From positions 2,679 to 66,678 of the forward strand of contig JBMFSQ010000019.1 of the NCBI GenBank assembly GCA_049967475.1: a stretch of DNA of 64,000 nucleotides, written 5' to 3'. The notes beneath the pieces were generated by a model. It was not told the origin of the DNA and ran no database searches. It was given only the letters and a program-made list of their open reading frames with translations. The DNA is from Chthonomonadales bacterium. GTDB taxonomy: Bacteria; Armatimonadota; Chthonomonadetes; Chthonomonadales; CAJBBX01. Below, in pieces: positions 26,890 to 37,383 of this stretch. Within the stretch, counting starts at the first letter, position 1, and the number at the start of each line of letters is the position of its first letter. The position numbers and the translations under genes were made by a program.

Positions 26890-28041
26890 GTGAAGATCCA
26901 TGAATTCGAGGCAAAGGAATTACTCTGCAAATATGGCGTGCCGGTTCCGCGCAACGAAGGCATTGCAACCACACCTGCCGAAGCAAAGGCTGCCGTAGAG
27001 CGCCTGGGCGGCCGGGGTGTGCTCAAGGCCCAAGTGCACGTAGGCGGGCGCGGCAAAGCAGGCGGCATCCGCGTCGCTTCCACGCCGGATGAAGCCGAAA
27101 CCCTGGCGGCGCAAATGCTGGGCATGCTGCTGAAGACGCACCAGGCTCCAGCCGGGGTAAAGGTAGAAAAGCTCCTTATCGAGGAACCCTTGCAGATTGC
27201 GTCGGAATACTACGTAGGCATCGTTCCCGATCGCACCTCACAGCGTAACGTGCTGATCGTAAGCGCCATGGGCGGCATGGATATCGAAGCTGTGGCGGAG
27301 GAGCATCCCGAAGCCATCGCCAAAGTTGCCGTGGATCCTGCCATGGGCCTGTGTGATTTCCAGATCAAGGAAGCCTTTTTCGGCGGAGGACTTCCCGCTT
27401 CGATTCTGGAGCAGGCAGTTCCCCTCATCCGCAACCTCTACCGTGCCTACAAAGAGGCCGACGGCGCATTGGCGGAGATCAATCCCCTCGCCCTCACGGC
27501 CGACGGCCGCCTGCTCGCTGCAGACGCCAAATTCCAGGTGGACGACAACGCGCTCTTCCGGCACAAAGACCTCCAGGCCTTTCAGAAGGAGAGCGAGGAA
27601 GATCCCATCGAGGCCGAAGCCCATCGCCGCGGCATTCAATACGTGCGCCTGGGAGGCAATATCGGCATCATCGGCAACGGCGCAGGACTCGTCATGGCCA
27701 CGCTGGATGAAGTTGCCCGCGCCGGCGGCAGACCTGCCGATTTTTTGGACATCGGCGGAGGCGCCAAGGCGGAACTCGTGCGGAATGCCCTGGAAATCGT
27801 TCTGATGGATCCCAACGTTACCGGCGTACTGTTCAACATTTTCGGCGGCATCACGAGGGGCGACGAAGTGGCCAAGGGCATCCTGGAAGCCACAAGCAGC
27901 ATGCAGATCAAGGTGCCGCTCGTTGTGCGCCTGGCCGGGACGCGCGCGGCGGAGGGCGCGGCGCTCCTCGCCGAAACCCGCCTCACTCCCGCATCAACGA
28001 TGCAGGAGGCCGCCGCCAAAATCGTGCAGCTCGCCGCGTGA
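26890..28041 (+). CDS. sucC: Succinyl-CoA synthetase beta subunit (ADP-forming)
   Basis: MKIHEFEAKELL start, ATP-grasp region VLKAQVHVGGRGKAGG, and C-terminal NIFGGITR. GTG start. No sucD follows. Confidence 0.9.
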   Translation: MKIHEFEAKELLCKYGVPVPRNEGIATTPAEAKAAVERLGGRGVLKAQVHVGGRGKAGGIRVASTPDEAETLAAQMLGMLLKTHQAPAGVKVEKLLIEEPLQIASEYYVGIVPDRTSQRNVLIVSAMGGMDIEAVAEEHPEAIAKVAVDPAMGLCDFQIKEAFFGGGLPASILEQAVPLIRNLYRAYKEADGALAEINPLALTADGRLLAADAKFQVDDNALFRHKDLQAFQKESEEDPIEAEAHRRGIQYVRLGGNIGIIGNGAGLVMATLDEVARAGGRPADFLDIGGGAKAELVRNALEIVLMDPNVTGVLFNIFGGITRGDEVAKGILEATSSMQIKVPLVVRLAGTRAAEGAALLAETRLTPASTMQEAAAKIVQLAA

Positions 28042-28101
28042 CGCCAACCGCGCCCGCCCGACGATGAGGGCAGACCATCGAACCTCGGAGCCGCTTCTTC
28101 C

Positions 28102-28836
28102 ATGTCATGCCAGGTCCACCTTTTCCTGGACTTCGACGACACCCTCACGCCGATGCGTGAACATCGGGCGCGATACGTCCGCACTCTGGCTGGTCTTCTG
28201 AAAGAACGCTACGGCGGCCTCTCCGAAGAATGGGAATGCGCCGTCCGCTCGGCCATGGAGGCTTCCATCCAAAGGTACAACGAGCGGTTCCAAGGCTGCG
28301 TAGCGGAAGGGTTCCGCCAGTGGCTTTCGGAAGAACAGCAGCGGCAGGCGCAGGAAGTAATAAGATTGGCGTGCCCGGGCCGGCCAATGCATCAAAGCAT
28401 CCTCCAAGAAGGCACGGCCCTGCAACACCAAGCTCTCCGCGCATGCAGTGTGAGCTATCCAGGCGCTTCCAAATCCCTGTCTCTGCTTGCCGATAAGGGC
28501 ATTCCCATTCATATGGCTTCGGCTTGGGATGCCGCATATCTTACTGCAGCCCTAGAAGGAATGGGGCTGGCGCAGTATGTGTCCTACCGCTTTGGACCCG
28601 ATTTGGTAGACTATGCCAAGGAGGGTCCCGAGTTCTACCGGAGAGTGTTTCGCCGATGCGGCATTCGGCCGGAGGATGCATTGGTGCTCGACGATCAGCA
28701 GGCCTGTTTGCAATGGGCAGCAGAAGTGGGGGCACGCCCGATCCAGGCTCGGCTCAACGCACAGCCACAGGTGCTCGACGCCTTCATAGAGCATATGGAA
28801 GCGCTCCCGGACCTCGTGGCCAGGCTGGGATGCTGA
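28102..28836 (+). CDS. HAD-superfamily hydrolase
   Basis: Motif I DFDDTLT near the N-terminus and a late LVLDDQ motif. 244 aa. Confidence 0.7.
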   Translation: MSCQVHLFLDFDDTLTPMREHRARYVRTLAGLLKERYGGLSEEWECAVRSAMEASIQRYNERFQGCVAEGFRQWLSEEQQRQAQEVIRLACPGRPMHQSILQEGTALQHQALRACSVSYPGASKSLSLLADKGIPIHMASAWDAAYLTAALEGMGLAQYVSYRFGPDLVDYAKEGPEFYRRVFRRCGIRPEDALVLDDQQACLQWAAEVGARPIQARLNAQPQVLDAFIEHMEALPDLVARLGC

Positions 28837-28907
28837 AGGATGCAGATGCACCGTTGGGGCGAACACCCAAGACGCTTGCCCGCATCTAGACGGGAAGGAG
28901 ACGACAA

Positions 28908-29879
28908 ATGGCACGCGCCCTCGTTACAGGAGGCGCCGGCTTCCTTGGTTCTCACCTATGCGACCGGCTCCTGGCTGAAGGCTTCGATGTTGTGGCGATG
29001 GACAACCTCATCACAGGCTCAGCCGAAAACATCGCTCACAACATTGGCAACCCCCATTTCAAGTTCATCCACTACGACGTAACCGACTTCCTCTACGTAG
29101 ACGGCCCGTTGGACTTCGTGTTCCACCTGGCCTCTCCCGCGAGCCCGGTGGATTTTCCCACTAAGCCCATCCAGATCCTAAAGGTGAACGCCCTGGGGAC
29201 CCACAAGGCGCTGGGCTTGGCGAAGGCCAAGAGCGCTTCCTTCTTCCTGGCGTCTACTTCCGAGGTGTATGGCGATCCCCTCGTGCACCCGCAAACCGAG
29301 GAATACCTGGGGAATGTCAACCCTGTGGGAGTGCGGGGCGTGTATGATGAGGCCAAGCGCTTCGCCGAAGCCATTACCATGGCATACCACCGGTACCATG
29401 GGGTTCCGGTACACATCGTGCGCATCTTCAACACATATGGAGAACGGATGCGCCTCAACGACGGCAGGGTGGTGCCGAATTTTATTGGGCAGGCTCTGCG
29501 CGGAGAGCCCATCACGGTCTACGGCACCGGCCGGCAAACGCGCTCATTCTGCTATGTGAGCGACCTCATCGAGGGCTTCTGGCGTCTGGCCAACTCCCCG
29601 CACACCGGGCCCATCAATATCGGGAACCCCACGGAGCGCACGATGCTCGAGTTTGCCGAAGAGATCAAACGCCTCACTGGAAGCAGCAGCCCCATTGTGT
29701 TCCGGCCGATGCTTACAGAAGATGACCCCAAACAACGCCGCCCCGACATTACCAAGGCGCGCACGCTCCTGGGATGGGAACCAAAGGTATCTCTTGAAGA
29801 AGGGCTCGAGCGCACGATCGCCTATTTTCGGCGCAAGATCGAGCAATCGCTGCGCCGAAACAACGGCAATTCCAATTGA
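28908..29879 (+). CDS. UDP-glucuronate decarboxylase-like SDR (UDP-xylose synthase family)
   Basis: Rossmann motif [17 protein letters not shown], catalytic YDEAK, and the NLITGS...[12 protein letters not shown] pattern typical of UXS/ArnA-decarboxylase-like enzymes. Confidence 0.8.
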   Translation: MARALVTGGAGFLGSHLCDRLLAEGFDVVAMDNLITGSAENIAHNIGNPHFKFIHYDVTDFLYVDGPLDFVFHLASPASPVDFPTKPIQILKVNALGTHKALGLAKAKSASFFLASTSEVYGDPLVHPQTEEYLGNVNPVGVRGVYDEAKRFAEAITMAYHRYHGVPVHIVRIFNTYGERMRLNDGRVVPNFIGQALRGEPITVYGTGRQTRSFCYVSDLIEGFWRLANSPHTGPINIGNPTERTMLEFAEEIKRLTGSSSPIVFRPMLTEDDPKQRRPDITKARTLLGWEPKVSLEEGLERTIAYFRRKIEQSLRRNNGNSN

Positions 29880-29916
29880 GAGCGCAGCGCGCTGCCCCAA
29901 GCCGCCGCGAGGGCCT

Positions 29917-31440
29917 TCAACCTTGGTACTCGGGCCCCGCCTGGAACTGTTGCACGATGGCGGCGATCTGCTTCTTAGCCTCGGAGGCAATCTCACGGGT
30001 GGCAGCCACCACTTCCCATCGCGCAAGCCCTTCCTCGCTCTGGGACACGCGCTGGCACACCTGCAGCCAGTCAGGCGAGAGCCGGGTGTCGGCGTCTATA
30101 TCGAAGGGGATGCCTCTGCGCATCAGGGTCGCCTCCAGCTCGTATCCGTTGGGCATCCGCGTCATCGCCTGAGCTCCCAGAGCTTCAAAGTGAGCCCGCA
30201 CGGCATCCAGTGCAGCGGCTCTGAGCTCATCAGAAGGGAACTTGTAACCCCACTCGCGCTCCCGGCTGGTGCGTGACTGGATCTGCACCAGCGCATCGAA
30301 CACCTCGGGGCGCTCCAGCCACACTCGGGACACCAGCAACGCCACATACAGGGTGTTCTCGGTGCAGAAGCGCTCGTTTCCCGTCCCCTTGTTGCCCGGT
30401 GCAGGGAAGGCTTCGTAGAAGTGCGCGCTCTCCTCCACCGCGCCGAACATGGAGGCATCCTCAAAGAGAGAGTTCTTGATCTGGGAGTGCCCGTTGCGGA
30501 TCACCTGAACCCGCACCCCGGCCCTGGCCATCTCCATTACTGCCAGCGGGTTGCTCTTGAGATCGGCGAATACTCCCATCCCCGAGCCGGGAAAGCGTGC
30601 GCGTATCTGGGGCAGGATTGCTGCATATACGAAGCTGGAACTCAGGTACGTGCCATCCCCCCGGTAAAAGTCTATCCGGTCTCCGTCGCCGTCGAAAAAG
30701 ATGCCCAGCAAAAACCGGCCTGAAGCAAGCGTTTGAAGGCCATGGCGGATCACATCCTGCTTCACAGGATTGGGATCCCCTAACGGGAAGCGGCCGTCCG
30801 CCGTGAAGTGGAGAGGGGTCAGCGCTGCGCCGGCCCGATCGAAGGCCAGCATCATCTCACGCCCGGAGGATCCATTGAGGTAATCGTGCAATACATGCAA
30901 CCCGCGCAGTGTTCCCGGTTCCACGCCTGCGCGCTCCATAGAATAGGCGATGTACGGCTCGGTTGGGTCGTAGGCGCGGATGCGGCCCCCGGCCCTGTGC
31001 CCCGGTTCCACGCCCCGCAGATACAGATCGCGGATGCAATCCAATCCGCCCTCGGGCCCGATATGTTCGGCCACCGGACGTACGCCTGGCGCCAAGATCT
31101 TCTGGCCGGTGTCCCCCGCCGGATTATGGGAAGCGCCATAGAGGATCGCGGCTAGGTGGGGAAAGCTCATCGCTGCAAAGTAGAACATGGAAGCGCTGGA
31201 CGGATGGGGAATAACCAGTACCTCCAACCCTGCGCGCACGAATTCCCCTGCGGCAAGTTCCAGGTAATGGGGTCCTGTAGAACGCGCATCATGGGCCAAA
31301 AGGACCCCGGGAGCCTTCAGAATGTCGCAGACGTATGCCGCCTCCGCCTTCGCCAGCCTCCTGGCCAACTCGTCCGATAGGAGCACCGAGGGCGTGCGTA
31401 TATCGTATGCGCGAAACATGGAAACGTTGAGTGGGTCCAT
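29917..31440 (-). CDS. Phosphohexomutase family protein (phosphomannomutase/phosphoglucomutase-like)
   Basis: Catalytic-serine loop GASHNPAGDTG and the Mg-binding loop FFDGDGDR. Confidence 0.8.
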   Translation of the reverse strand: MDPLNVSMFRAYDIRTPSVLLSDELARRLAKAEAAYVCDILKAPGVLLAHDARSTGPHYLELAAGEFVRAGLEVLVIPHPSSASMFYFAAMSFPHLAAILYGASHNPAGDTGQKILAPGVRPVAEHIGPEGGLDCIRDLYLRGVEPGHRAGGRIRAYDPTEPYIAYSMERAGVEPGTLRGLHVLHDYLNGSSGREMMLAFDRAGAALTPLHFTADGRFPLGDPNPVKQDVIRHGLQTLASGRFLLGIFFDGDGDRIDFYRGDGTYLSSSFVYAAILPQIRARFPGSGMGVFADLKSNPLAVMEMARAGVRVQVIRNGHSQIKNSLFEDASMFGAVEESAHFYEAFPAPGNKGTGNERFCTENTLYVALLVSRVWLERPEVFDALVQIQSRTSREREWGYKFPSDELRAAALDAVRAHFEALGAQAMTRMPNGYELEATLMRRGIPFDIDADTRLSPDWLQVCQRVSQSEEGLARWEVVAATREIASEAKKQIAAIVQQFQAGPEYQG

Positions 31441-31484
31441 CGTGTGCGGTATCGCCTCTCCTCAAATGCCGCGGATTGCGCGGG

Positions 31485-32297
31485 CTAAGCCGACGCACCT
31501 GTGTAATACCTCAACCCGAAGCGCCAAAAGAGTGTAGCCGCAAGAACCATAGCCGACGCCACCACAAGCGACAGGGCTACGAAGCTCAGTGCCAGCTTCC
31601 CTGCCAGAGCCTTGGCGGGAACCGTTATGATGAACGCCACCGGCACCCCGTATGTAAGCGTGCTCCTCAACCACGGCGGGTAGATCTCGATGGGATATCG
31701 GCCGGCCTCGAACGCTTGCCACAGTATTTGCTCCACATTGTCTATCTTCACGAACCAGAAGGTAAGCGTCACGAGCATCAGCCAAAAAGAATAGACCACT
31801 GCCATTCCGCACGCCAGTGCCACGGCGAAGGATAGCGCCTGCCCCATCCCCACACCCAAAGAAAGCCGCTCCACCGTGTAAAAGGAGAGCCCAAGACCCA
31901 CTAAAGCGTTCACCGAGCGCCATACATTGATTGAGCGGAAGGAAGCCAGGAACTGCGCGCTTACCGGTTTGAGGAGCACGAAGTCGAGAGTGCCGTCCCG
32001 CACTTTGTTCATCACTTCGCGCATATTGGGAGCGATGAACATTTCGATGAGGCCGTCCATCAGGTAGTACACCGCCAGAAGCACCAGAGCCTGGGCAAAG
32101 GTCCATCCGCGGAGATTGCTGGTGTAGGTATACGCTACGGCCAGGGCTCCCACCGTAGTGCCCAATCCTAAGAGGCTCGCAAGGATGCGCGTGAAGAAGT
32201 CCGCCCGATACTCCATATCGGTCTGGATGCTGGTTCGATAGAAGACCGCCAGCAATTTGAGATAGATCTTCATAGATGCCCCCGCTGATCTCGGCAC
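31485..32297 (-). CDS. ABC-2 type transporter permease (COG3694/COG4587-like)
   Basis: 270-aa polytopic protein directly downstream of a second similar permease and an ABC ATPase. Confidence 0.7.
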   Translation of the reverse strand: MPRSAGASMKIYLKLLAVFYRTSIQTDMEYRADFFTRILASLLGLGTTVGALAVAYTYTSNLRGWTFAQALVLLAVYYLMDGLIEMFIAPNMREVMNKVRDGTLDFVLLKPVSAQFLASFRSINVWRSVNALVGLGLSFYTVERLSLGVGMGQALSFAVALACGMAVVYSFWLMLVTLTFWFVKIDNVEQILWQAFEAGRYPIEIYPPWLRSTLTYGVPVAFIITVPAKALAGKLALSFVALSLVVASAMVLAATLFWRFGLRYYTGASA

Positions 32298-32315
32298 CTC
32301 TATGCCGGCGCCGCC

Positions 32316-33176
32316 TTACGCTCCCACTGCAGAATACTGCCGCACCCCTGCGCTCCAAAGGACCCGAAGGAGCAAAACGCCGGCCGCAATCCACACCCCC
32401 TGCATCGCCAGCCCCGCCAGAACCTGGTCGCCCGGCACCCGCCCCAGGGCAAGCATCACTGGGAAGGATCCCATGCCGCTGAAGGGCGACCATGCGGCCG
32501 CCGCTCCCAGCCATCCCGGCAGGAGGGCCAGCGGCGCGATGCGGCCCGACAGGAAGGAGTCCAGAGTGAAGAAGAGCTGATTGATGGCATCCACGCGCGT
32601 AGTCCAGAAGGCAATCACGGCCAGGGCGTACTGCCACACATAGCGAAGGAGCCCGGCCAGGACCACGGCAAAGGGAAGAGCCAGCATCCGCCAGTCTGGG
32701 TGCGGGAGCGTGGGCTTCAGCATCACGAACAGGGCAATCCAAAAGGGAAGAAGCATGGCGCTCGTGACCAATTTGAACCCGATGTTCACCGCGATATCGC
32801 CGTGGATGGGATGGATCGGCCTCAAGAGGCGCGGAGAGAGTTCGCCGGTGCGAACCCGCCATGCAAACTCAAAGGCATCCCAGGACATGGTGAGGTGCCC
32901 GATGATCATAAACACGAGGAAGTACCCCGCGAAATCCCCCTGGGCGAAGGTTGCCGTGTGGCTCTTGTTGGAAATGGCGCCTCCGCGCGCTGAAGTAGCG
33001 GCTGCCCAAACCGCCAAAGAGATGAGGGGACCCACAAATCCCCATACCGCCCAGATGAGCACGCTGAAACGATATTGGGCCATAAGCGCCAGGGCCGTTC
33101 TGATGAACACCCTGTAGACATGAACGTAATAGGCAAGGATCTGCACCGCCCGCCCAAGCGAAGGGATGCGTGTCAT
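32316..33176 (-). CDS. ABC-2 type transporter permease (COG4587/COG3694-like)
   Basis: 286-aa polytopic protein. Its start overlaps the ATPase stop (33173-33176). Confidence 0.7.
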   Translation of the reverse strand: MTRIPSLGRAVQILAYYVHVYRVFIRTALALMAQYRFSVLIWAVWGFVGPLISLAVWAAATSARGGAISNKSHTATFAQGDFAGYFLVFMIIGHLTMSWDAFEFAWRVRTGELSPRLLRPIHPIHGDIAVNIGFKLVTSAMLLPFWIALFVMLKPTLPHPDWRMLALPFAVVLAGLLRYVWQYALAVIAFWTTRVDAINQLFFTLDSFLSGRIAPLALLPGWLGAAAAWSPFSGMGSFPVMLALGRVPGDQVLAGLAMQGVWIAAGVLLLRVLWSAGVRQYSAVGA

Positions 33177-34204
33177 GCCGGCGCCTCTTCCATCTCGATT
33201 TCAGGCGACGCCTTTTGCGGCGCCTCAAGCATCTCGTCCCGGAAGAGCTGGTCTATAATCTCTTCGATGGGCGGATCCTCTACTGTAAGGTCCATCACAG
33301 GCAACTCGCTCAAGATGCGCGCCACCGCGCTGGACGTGTCCGCGCGGGGGATCTTCAACGTCACTTTGGCCCCGTTCCTGGAGAGTACCTCTCCGTAGCG
33401 ACATGCGTCCGAAGCCGCCTCTTCGCTCTCCACGTCCAGCTCCACCAGCTTGAACGGCGCGATGCGGCTGCTGAGAGCGTTCAAATCCCCGTCGTACAAC
33501 AAGCGCCCATGGTGGATGATGATCACGCGCCGGCACAAAGCGGTAACATCCGCCATGTAATGGCTCGTCAGAATGACCGTGGCTCCATGACGGCGGTTAT
33601 GCTCGGCTACAAACTGGCGGATGCGCCCCTGCATCGTGACATCTACACCCAATGTAGGTTCGTCCAGGAAGAGAACCCGCGGACGATGGAGGAGAGCCGC
33701 CGCCAACTCGCACTTCATGCGCTCGCCAAGAGAAAGGCTCCGCACCTGCTTGCGAAGAATGGGCTCCAGGTCCAACAGCGCCACAAGCTCATCGAGGGTT
33801 TCGCGGAACTGCTTCTCGGGCACTTGATAAATGGCTTGGTTCACGAGGAAGGAGTCCATAGCAGGGATGTCCCATAGGAGCTGCTGGCGATTTCCCATTA
33901 CCAGGCTGATCTGGCGAAGGTATTCCTTCTCCCGCCTCCATGGAATGTAGCCCAGCACGCGCGCCTCGCCCGCCGTGGGATAAAGGAGACCCGCCAACAT
34001 CTTCAGCGTGGTCGTCTTGCCTGCGCCGTTCGGGCCCAAGAAGCCCACGACTTCGCCCTCTTCCAGAGAGAAGGTAACGCCTTTAACCGCCTCAAGGTTC
34101 TTGTACCGCCGGGCAAAGAGGCTCATGAGGGAGGCTTTTACCCCTGCCTCGCGCTCATGGATGCGGTACGTCTTTTTTAAGTTGACGAGTTCGATCTGGG
34201 GCAT
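33173..34204 (-). CDS. ABC transporter ATP-binding protein (COG4586-like)
   Basis: Walker A GPNGAGKTTT, signature LSLGERMK and Walker B VLFLDEPT. I place the start at the ATG at 34204 (MPQIELVNLKK). Confidence 0.9.
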   Translation of the reverse strand: MPQIELVNLKKTYRIHEREAGVKASLMSLFARRYKNLEAVKGVTFSLEEGEVVGFLGPNGAGKTTTLKMLAGLLYPTAGEARVLGYIPWRREKEYLRQISLVMGNRQQLLWDIPAMDSFLVNQAIYQVPEKQFRETLDELVALLDLEPILRKQVRSLSLGERMKCELAAALLHRPRVLFLDEPTLGVDVTMQGRIRQFVAEHNRRHGATVILTSHYMADVTALCRRVIIIHHGRLLYDGDLNALSSRIAPFKLVELDVESEEAASDACRYGEVLSRNGAKVTLKIPRADTSSAVARILSELPVMDLTVEDPPIEEIIDQLFRDEMLEAPQKASPEIEMEEAPA

Positions 34205-34239
34205 CACCGTCTTCCTTGCCCCCGCGGGCTGGGGCACGG

Positions 34240-36246
34240 TTAACCTGCCATGCGGAAATCTATGGAGCGCGGCGGAGCCATTTCGCTGCGCACGCGCGCG
34301 CGGCATGCGTCCAGATGCTCTGCGCCTTCTTTCGCGGCCAGAAGGTGCGCCTGCCATTCGAACCAGAGGTCGCTCAGGCTCACTTCGCCTTCCCGAATGA
34401 GGGCGAACTCATGCTGAAAAATGCGCTCTACGCCATCCAGATCTCCGGTCCCCAAAGCAGCCTTGGCTTGCGCGATGAGGATGCGGTCGTGGTCTCTGAG
34501 TGCCTCCGGGAGGGATCGGATCACCCGCAGAACCGCTGCGTACTCCTTGCACTCGAGGAGGGCGTCGAGGTACTCGACGGCCAGAGCTGCGATGCGGGGA
34601 CCTATTTCCCAAGCTTCTCTCAACAATTCTACCGCATGAAGCCGATCCTGCCGCCGCATAGCGAGGATTGCCATATTGCGCAGGGCCCATGCGTTCGGCG
34701 CGGCCTCCAGGGAGCGCCGCCACGCATCCTCAGCGCCCACATCATCCAGCTCTTCCATGCGGATATTGCCGAGATGCCACCATGCCAGCCAATGCCCTCC
34801 GTCCGGCCGGCGCACAGACGCTTCCAGAGGTCCCAGCCATGCCTCACCCACCATGAGGGCGCCAGGCTCATCACGCATAGACCGTTGAGGCAGCAATCCG
34901 GTTTCAATAAGATGGAGCCATGGTTGCTGATCCTCTCCGAGGCTGTCATCCGGAAAGGGCACCGATGCGGGCATCCCGCACGGTTCCTCTGCCACCGATG
35001 CACGCTTGCGCTCCAAGGCGCCCCAGCCCGAACCGTACGCCAGGATCTCGTGCGGGCGCGCTTTGGCCGTACGCGCGAACCTTGCGTGAATGGCGGCCAG
35101 CGCTGGTTTCGACACCAACTCCTCGATCCTTGCATCTGCCTCCGTGCATGCCGTTTCCCAGTCAGGGGAATGGATGCACTCCGGACGTGCGGAAAGTGGT
35201 CCGAACGCTTCCGTCCAGCTCCATACAGCGCCTGCAGGCATGGGGAGGCACTCCATCTGGGTGCGGGCAAGTCCCGCCTGTATCTCTATATAGGCGAACC
35301 CCGGCTCCGCCAGAAGCTCTTGCCACCGGCGGCCTCCCGGGTTCATTCCCCAGCAGAACAGTTTGCGGCCTCGAAGGCGCGGGGTGGATGTTTGGAAGAA
35401 GCCCGTTCCATCTCTGCCCACCGCGGCTATCCACGGCCTCACGCTCTTTGGAATGCGCGCGAAGAAGTCGAAGGCATGGGGCGCCTCTTCCGGATACGTG
35501 ATGTCCCACCCATTCATAGTAGGCAGGTCTACCACACCCAGGCCGCCGCGATAGGCATTGCAAAGGGCGGTGGATGCCGGAACGAGCACCCGCAGCCCAG
35601 GCTCTTCCCGGATCGCAATGTTGGTCCACCAGTACATGGGAAGCACGTCTTTGCGGGGGTTCATGAGGCGCACGTGGACGAATAGGAGCGGCGAGTGCGT
35701 CGGCAGCCAAAAGTCAATCTGCCATAGGAAGCCCTTCACGCGGTCCCACTCATAGAGGCGCAAACCCGCTTCGCCGCCCGGTGTAGGCACCCTTGCTGCG
35801 AATACCGGCGCGCACGTAAGAGCGTGGTGGCCGGGCTGGCCGGGGTTCCATTCCACGCCGCCGCTGAACCACGCATTGCGGAGGGCAAGGTTGCCAAACT
35901 GGAGGACCGGGTTCCGGGCAAGGAGTTCTCTTCCGCTGCTCCGGTCTTCGAGAGACACCAATCTCCCGCCAAGGCCCGGCAGGAATACCGCCTTGACACG
36001 GTCGTTCTCCAGAACGATGGCGTCCAAATCCTTGATGCTTCGTTGCCGGCTGTACCCGTCTTGCATGCGGTGGGGCAGTACCCTCCAGCCGGTACGCCAC
36101 CCAAGATATTGGCGGTCGGCACGGGGCACATTGGGAGCCACGGGCACATGGGTATCCTGCTCCCTCCCTCGGAAAAAGGGCAGCGGGTTTTCCGGGCCAA
36201 GGTCGGCAGCCGGAAGGCGGTAGGTCGTGCGGTACAGACGCGTCAT
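34240..36246 (-). CDS. DUF5107-like N-terminal domain protein with C-terminal TPR-like repeats
   Basis: From the ATG at 36246 (MTRLYRTTYRLP...). The N-terminal pattern (ENPLPFF ... DAIVLENDRVKAVFLPGLGGRLVSLEDRSSGRELL ... NAWFSGGVEWNPG) matches my recollection of DUF5107. The C-terminus is helical-repeat rich. Confidence 0.6.
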   Translation of the reverse strand: MTRLYRTTYRLPAADLGPENPLPFFRGREQDTHVPVAPNVPRADRQYLGWRTGWRVLPHRMQDGYSRQRSIKDLDAIVLENDRVKAVFLPGLGGRLVSLEDRSSGRELLARNPVLQFGNLALRNAWFSGGVEWNPGQPGHHALTCAPVFAARVPTPGGEAGLRLYEWDRVKGFLWQIDFWLPTHSPLLFVHVRLMNPRKDVLPMYWWTNIAIREEPGLRVLVPASTALCNAYRGGLGVVDLPTMNGWDITYPEEAPHAFDFFARIPKSVRPWIAAVGRDGTGFFQTSTPRLRGRKLFCWGMNPGGRRWQELLAEPGFAYIEIQAGLARTQMECLPMPAGAVWSWTEAFGPLSARPECIHSPDWETACTEADARIEELVSKPALAAIHARFARTAKARPHEILAYGSGWGALERKRASVAEEPCGMPASVPFPDDSLGEDQQPWLHLIETGLLPQRSMRDEPGALMVGEAWLGPLEASVRRPDGGHWLAWWHLGNIRMEELDDVGAEDAWRRSLEAAPNAWALRNMAILAMRRQDRLHAVELLREAWEIGPRIAALAVEYLDALLECKEYAAVLRVIRSLPEALRDHDRILIAQAKAALGTGDLDGVERIFQHEFALIREGEVSLSDLWFEWQAHLLAAKEGAEHLDACRARVRSEMAPPRSIDFRMAG

Positions 36247-36550
36247 ATTGAGAGAATACCCAATGGTGCAGGGGCACGGATGGGCGCGCCGCGCCCCATG
36301 AGATTCCTTCTCCAACGCGGCGAATGCGCGGGCCCCGAATAAACGCACGACGCCGGGTGTCGAGCTTCCGGCAATGCTGCGCCGCCACGGACTACGATGA
36401 GCAGCCTCGAACGCGCCGCTTCGCACCGGCTTCTTCGCGTACTTATGCTAGATGCGCAGGATAAAACCGCTCCAAGCGCGAAAAGGGTATTGCGGGTCTT
36501 TGAAGCTCCAAGAACCCGTATTGGCCGGAATTACTGCTAAGGAGGCAAAG

Positions 36551-37363
36551 ATGGCACGATTATCCGTGGCGGATATCCAACGCTATCATGACGAGGGATT
36601 TGCCGTGGTCGAGGGGCTCATCACTCACCGGGAACTTACCGAGATCAAAGCGGAAGCCGCGCGCATCTGCCGAGGCGCCTACGAGATACCCGGCATCGTG
36701 CCCGTGGCGCCGGATGCCTCCGACGACGACGCTCTTTCCAAGTATCTGTGCATCCATCAGCCGCACAAGGTGAGCCCAATCATCGAAAAGTTCGTGCGCC
36801 ATCCGGGCATCGCGGAGGTGCTGACGCAGATGATCGGCCCCAACGTCAAGTGCATGCAATCCATGCTCTTCATCAAGCCGCCGGGGTTCCCCGGCCAGGC
36901 CTACCATCAAGATGAGCGGTACATACCCACCGAGGATCGGAGCCTAACCGGCGCATGGATTGCCGTTGACGACGCGACGATAGAGAATGGCTGCCTTTGG
37001 GTGATCCCCGGGACCCACAAGGATCCCCTTTATCCCTGGGCCGCCCACAACAACCCGGAGTACGACACGGCTGATGAGGCCCAAAACATCCCTCGGGAGC
37101 GCGAAGTGCCTGTGGAGGTGCAGGCGGGGAGCGTAGTCTTCTTCAACGGGTATCTGCTCCACAGCTCCTTGAAGAACCGCTCCCAGCGGTATCGGCGCGT
37201 GCTGGTGAACCACTACATGAGCGCCTCATCGCAGTTGCCGTGGTGCGGGTATGAAGACTACCGCGACGTGATCATGGTAGCCGGAACAGATCCATACGCT
37301 CACAAAGGCTACGCCGACATCGCCAGGCCGCACCTCAGAGCCGTGCGCCGCGGAGAAGGATAA
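36551..37363 (+). CDS. Phytanoyl-CoA dioxygenase (PhyH) family Fe(II)/2-oxoglutarate oxygenase
   Basis: ATG at 36551 preceded by AAGGAGG. It has an HQDxxY facial-triad region (AYHQDERY) and a distal HSS...NRS segment. Confidence 0.8.
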   Translation: MARLSVADIQRYHDEGFAVVEGLITHRELTEIKAEAARICRGAYEIPGIVPVAPDASDDDALSKYLCIHQPHKVSPIIEKFVRHPGIAEVLTQMIGPNVKCMQSMLFIKPPGFPGQAYHQDERYIPTEDRSLTGAWIAVDDATIENGCLWVIPGTHKDPLYPWAAHNNPEYDTADEAQNIPREREVPVEVQAGSVVFFNGYLLHSSLKNRSQRYRRVLVNHYMSASSQLPWCGYEDYRDVIMVAGTDPYAHKGYADIARPHLRAVRRGEG

Positions 37364-37383
37364 CAGCAAACGCGCAGCGTTCC

